Shown: positions 25,928-29,322 of the stretch, in pieces | Numbering within the stretch: position 1 is the stretch's first letter | Layout: every line of letters begins with the position of its first letter | IMG/VR virus record: IMGVR_UViG_3300048895_000026 | Location: 1 to 29,322 of that record | DNA: 29,322 nt | Strand: one strand, 5' to 3' | From: a virus | Taxonomy: Duplodnaviria > Caudoviricetes | Made by a program: the position numbers and the translations under genes | The notes under the pieces: generated by a model | What the model was told of the DNA's origin: nothing | Database searches by the model: none | Seen by the model: only the letters and a program-made list of their open reading frames with translations

Positions 25928-26292
25928 TCATCTAGGAAAGACATTTGAGCAGGAGGGAGAGCTGGAGTTGCGTATTGAGGCTGTCCTGTTACATATTTAT
26001 ATGAATCCGTAACGTGAGACTCTTTCTTTACTGCTTTATTTTCCCAGCTTCTTGCTTCAAGAAACTCAATAATATCTTCTCGCAGAAATGAGCTATCGAA
26101 TTTAATGCTGTCTCTATATTTCCGCTCGCCGTTAATTGTGACCATTGCAGATATTGGCGACCACATTAGACCACCATTTTTGGTAGATTTTCGCACATAT
26201 GCAAAACGCATTTGTGGTTCAATTTGCAGATAGCAGAGCTCTTTTGTGTATTGGTCATCGGGGAAATATTCGTGTGATATAAATTCAATCAT
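25915..26292 (-). CDS. Putative ssDNA-binding protein (SpoVG/SSB-like)
   Basis: Beta-rich N-terminus, disordered linker, C-terminal DECPF like SSB acidic tips. Confidence 0.45.
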   Translation of the reverse strand: MIEFISHEYFPDDQYTKELCYLQIEPQMRFAYVRKSTKNGGLMWSPISAMVTINGERKYRDSIKFDSSFLREDIIEFLEARSWENKAVKKESHVTDSYKYVTGQPQYATPALPPAQMSFLDECPF

Positions 26293-26477
26293 GCTTCATC
26301 CTCATCAAAAATATTTAATCTTTTTTGCAAATTTTTCAATCCGTTATATATAGAACCGATATAAAATGATGCGCTTGGCAAGTGTTCACCTTCAATATCT
26401 TCTTGTACTTCTAACAAATCTCGACATGCTTTTTTTAAAGTTTCTTTAATGTCATTTAATTGTTTATCTTCAATCAT
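26289..26477 (-). CDS. Hypothetical protein
   Basis: 62 aa, ATGA coupling. Confidence 0.55.
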   Translation of the reverse strand: MIEDKQLNDIKETLKKACRDLLEVQEDIEGEHLPSASFYIGSIYNGLKNLQKRLNIFDEDEA

Positions 26478-26746
26478 TTTTCAACCTCATCAAATAAATG
26501 TCTAATTCCGAACTCATCAATTGCATAAGATGCACAAGAATGCAGCAAACCGATATTGTAGGCAGCTATCATGCCATCATCATTTTCTAGATTTGTCAAT
26601 ATTGCTTCACAAGATTTGTGAATTGAAACCAATAGATCTTTGAGCATTTCATCGTAGTTTGTGATTGTTATTTTATTCACATCTGGAGTTTTTAATAAAT
26701 TTGCATTTATTTTAACTTTTAATTCGTCTTTAGTTGTTGAGTCCAT
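26474..26746 (-). CDS. Hypothetical protein
   Basis: 90 aa, AGGT SD. Confidence 0.55.
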   Translation of the reverse strand: MDSTTKDELKVKINANLLKTPDVNKITITNYDEMLKDLLVSIHKSCEAILTNLENDDGMIAAYNIGLLHSCASYAIDEFGIRHLFDEVEK

Positions 26747-26752
26747 ATATAC

Positions 26753-26890
26753 CTAACATTTTTTCATTTTTGCTTTGTCTATAATTTTGTCGTGTTTTTT
26801 GTCTTCTTTGAGTAAAGACTTTAGTTTTTTGCCTTCTTTTGCTGCATCTTTACTAACTTCTTTAGAAATAGCTTTAATTTTCTTATCCAT
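26753..26890 (-). CDS. Small Lys-rich protein
   Basis: MDKKIKAISKEVSKD...KMKKC, ATG at 26890 just after the RusA stop. Confidence 0.5.
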   Translation of the reverse strand: MDKKIKAISKEVSKDAAKEGKKLKSLLKEDKKHDKIIDKAKMKKC

Positions 26891-26891
26891 T

Positions 26892-27536
26892 TTATTTCCC
26901 TTTAATTTTCTTAAGTTTATCTGCCCATTCATTAGCAAAATCGATCATGAGCTGAGATGCTTCTTTTAATCTCTCTTCAGAAACTTCGTCCCCGCTTTCG
27001 CAATATCTAAAAATAGAGCTTTGAATTCTCTCAACATCACAGGCCATATTTTGTATATCTTGAGGACTGAATGTTTTAAAAACTTTTTCATGTTCTGCGC
27101 TCATTTTAACCTCATATATCGGGGTGATTTCAATAATTGTGCAAGGGTTTTTTGAATATTCTTTGCGGCATGACATTTGCACGATGAAACGATCATCTGA
27201 CCACAGAATTTCGTTGCCACAATCAAAATAAGTTTTACATGTGTTATCTAAATCGATTTTCTTGACCGCTGCTGCATTATAAATTGGAAAATGACTCCAC
27301 CATTGCTTTAATGAAGATTCGGCCTTAGAACTACCTTTCTGAGCGTCTAATTGGAAAATAAGATCTACTCTTAAAGGTTTATCTTCATGCCTCCATTCGC
27401 CGCGCTGTTCAATCATGTCAAGACGTATACGATTCATTTGCTTAACTTGATTGTCATAAGTCGCAATATGACCATGACGAATAAATGACCGATGCCGAGC
27501 TTTTGGGAGTGGATCGCCGGGAATGATTATTCGCAT
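26892..27536 (-). CDS. rusA: RusA-family Holliday junction resolvase with C-terminal extension
   Basis: IPGDPLPKARHR N-terminus; KIDLDNTCK..FD....ILWSDDRFIV catalytic motif. Confidence 0.85.
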   Translation of the reverse strand: MRIIIPGDPLPKARHRSFIRHGHIATYDNQVKQMNRIRLDMIEQRGEWRHEDKPLRVDLIFQLDAQKGSSKAESSLKQWWSHFPIYNAAAVKKIDLDNTCKTYFDCGNEILWSDDRFIVQMSCRKEYSKNPCTIIEITPIYEVKMSAEHEKVFKTFSPQDIQNMACDVERIQSSIFRYCESGDEVSEERLKEASQLMIDFANEWADKLKKIKGK

Positions 27537-27721
27537 TGTATGCCAAATATAACGGTTGCCTCATCAATAATTGCATATCTTTTAGCTTGAAGAATCTTAG
27601 CATTTCGCTCTTCAGCCAATTTATTTGAATTTACGCAATAATCGCAGCGACCAAATATTTTGCTAGGAGTTCGGCCTCGCGCTTTCATCTTCTTTGTCTC
27701 GCAGTAGACGCATTTTTTCAT
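27527..27721 (-). CDS. Small Zn-ribbon protein
   Basis: CVYC...CDYC. Confidence 0.5.
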   Translation of the reverse strand: MKKCVYCETKKMKARGRTPSKIFGRCDYCVNSNKLAEERNAKILQAKRYAIIDEATVIFGIQCE

Positions 27722-27722
27722 C

Positions 27723-27974
27723 TTAAAACTCCTTAAAAATCCATTGTGAATCCATAAAATTGGGCGTAACAGATTTTACCCTTCCTCTTTTCACATAGCC
27801 TAATTCCTCTAGCTTTTGCAACTGCTTTTGAATGTGACATTCGCCGTGAGGTGAAGCGTTCAGGATCTGCTTGATCGTAAAATGCTCGTCGTCTTTATGC
27901 TCCATGCAAAAAATGTATAAAGCTTTGAGAGAAAATAGCACTCTTTCGTCATGGAGGATCTTTTCGTATTTCAT
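27723..27974 (-). CDS. Winged-HTH DNA-binding protein
   Basis: FTIKQIL...IQKQLQKLEELGYVKR. Confidence 0.6.
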   Translation of the reverse strand: MKYEKILHDERVLFSLKALYIFCMEHKDDEHFTIKQILNASPHGECHIQKQLQKLEELGYVKRGRVKSVTPNFMDSQWIFKEF

Positions 27975-28195
27975 TCTTCATCCCTAGAATTAAGACCTAA
28001 TCGGTTATAAATTTGCTTCAGAACTTCAAATTGTTTATGAGATATCTTCGAGCAATTATTAATTTGTTTTTCAATGCTATCAATGAAATCGAGAGTAAAT
28101 TGTGCTCCAACAGTATAATTTCTAGGGTCGTCAAAATACACTTGCAAATCATAAAACAACCCCATTTCTGGATCATCTTCATAAATCCAATCCAT
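27971..28195 (-). CDS. Hypothetical phage protein
   Basis: FIDSIEKQ...ISHKQFEVLKQI pattern; coupled to both neighbours. Confidence 0.55.
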   Translation of the reverse strand: MDWIYEDDPEMGLFYDLQVYFDDPRNYTVGAQFTLDFIDSIEKQINNCSKISHKQFEVLKQIYNRLGLNSRDEE

Positions 28196-29091
28196 TATTG
28201 CCTCTCGTACATTTGATGTTTTTGCATAAGTCTTTCAGCAAATCTAATCGGAGGCATGTCGAGGTCAATTTCTTGCTTCGATTTGCCTACATAAAAAGTA
28301 ATATATTTTTTCCATATTTTAAGCCCACCCCAACCATTCGATTGAGCAAAATCTTTTGCAAATTGGGCATTCGCTTCAATATTGGCATTCAACACAGGCT
28401 TATTTTCATCCAGTAATTTGCTCATGTAAGTTCGCAAAGATCGAGCACCATTATGTTTTGATTCGTTGAATACGTCGATCAATCGTTGCAAAGGATGCGT
28501 CTTTGCCCAATAAGCAAGTTTCTTATCCTCTGCGTCAATAGATTGCGCTTTAAGCCAGTCAAATGCATCACGCTGATCATCGTTAAGTTTCCAACGTTTT
28601 GAAACATCCAAGGTCTCTAAGCGATCTATATCGCAAGCCTCGGTCTCAAGACCTAGGTCTATTGAATATGAAGATAGAGAATTTGGTTTAGAATGTGGTA
28701 TTGCTTTGGCATTTTCGCCACATGGATTGGCATTTTTGCCAGACGATGTGGCAAATTTGCCAATCGTAAACATTTCTTCATTTTCGAAAGCATACCAGAT
28801 AGTTTTATCCATCGCCTTTTTATTGAAATTCCCCATTTTAAGAATCCCAAGTTCTTGAAGTTTATCGGTATAGCGTCTAACTTTATCCGGGTTCCAATAT
28901 GGAAAATGAGCAGCAATTTCAGCTCTGCTTTGATATGTCCATGTGCGCCCCTCTTTAAAATTTCTCTTCAATTTATTGTTGAGATTTATCCAATATTGAA
29001 AATGATGGACAAGTATAGCAAGCTCGATGCTGTCTAATTCTGTCGCAAGATTCACGTCAAAAGAATGGTGTTGCGATGATTGATATGTCAT
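28195..29091 (-). CDS. Phage replication initiator (N-terminal winged helix)
   Basis: HSFDV.LA...AIL.HHFQYWI...EGRTWTYQS...FPYW...GNFNK..MDKT.WY; contains internal iterons. Confidence 0.75.
   Translation of the reverse strand: MTYQSSQHHSFDVNLATELDSIELAILVHHFQYWINLNNKLKRNFKEGRTWTYQSRAEIAAHFPYWNPDKVRRYTDKLQELGILKMGNFNKKAMDKTIWYAFENEEMFTIGKFATSSGKNANPCGENAKAIPHSKPNSLSSYSIDLGLETEACDIDRLETLDVSKRWKLNDDQRDAFDWLKAQSIDAEDKKLAYWAKTHPLQRLIDVFNESKHNGARSLRTYMSKLLDENKPVLNANIEANAQFAKDFAQSNGWGGLKIWKKYITFYVGKSKQEIDLDMPPIRFAERLMQKHQMYERQ
28707..28762. repeat. Three palindromic iterons (candidate replication origin)
   Basis: TGGCATTTTCGCCA (28707), TGGCATTTTTGCCA (28728), TGGCAAATTTGCCA (28749); exact 21-bp period. 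Confidence 0.8.
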
Positions 29092-29294
29092 TCTTTCACC
29101 TCAACTAAGTAGCCAATATCTACTAATTCGGATTGAATTTCTTTTGAAAATCTATCTGGTGAAAGATCTTTATCAGCTTCAAGCATTGCATATGCCCCTA
29201 CTGATTCAAGAGAAACAAGGACATTGAGAATGATACGTTTATCTAACATCACGATAGAGTTAGATTCTTCAGATCTAATGATTGATATGGTCAT
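29088..29294 (-). CDS. Small hypothetical (degenerate wHTH-like) protein
   Basis: SLESVGAYAML...ELVDIGYL; ATGA overlap with the initiator. Confidence 0.5.
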   Translation of the reverse strand: MTISIIRSEESNSIVMLDKRIILNVLVSLESVGAYAMLEADKDLSPDRFSKEIQSELVDIGYLVEVKE

Positions 29295-29322
29295 GGGAAA
29301 CTTTCCTTTCGAGAAAGCTTGC

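Noticed and set aside
5505-29037. Other short ORFs overlapping long genes (e.g. 8618..8929, 10664..10966, 19793..20422, 22704..22967, 28693..29037)
   Set aside because: Fully nested in well-supported genes with no recognisable motifs, unlike 18209..18487.

Overview
About 29 kb of a tailed dsDNA phage or prophage with podovirus-type architecture; almost all genes are on the minus strand. Reading from right to left: a replication/early block (initiator with internal iterons, HTH proteins, RusA, SSB-like protein, N4/N6 DNA methyltransferase), then a self-contained plus-strand three-gene cassette, small and large terminase, P22-like portal, scaffold, an inserted accessory block (two small membrane proteins and an HNH nuclease), N4-gp56-like major capsid, head/tail adaptor and nozzle-like genes, probable ejection proteins including a KTSC-domain protein, and several tail fibre/receptor-binding genes. 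No integrase, lysin, tRNA or CRISPR array is visible in the window. The most striking unexplained signal is a pair of 51-nt three-way-junction RNA elements whose variable loop co-varies with two downstream target sites, one being the Shine-Dalgarno. Other highlights are a three-unit hairpin array in the capsid leader, an antisense gene resembling the RNA polymerase alpha-CTD nested in the head operon, and several small ORFs missing from the ORF track. All family assignments come from motif recognition by eye, not database searches.
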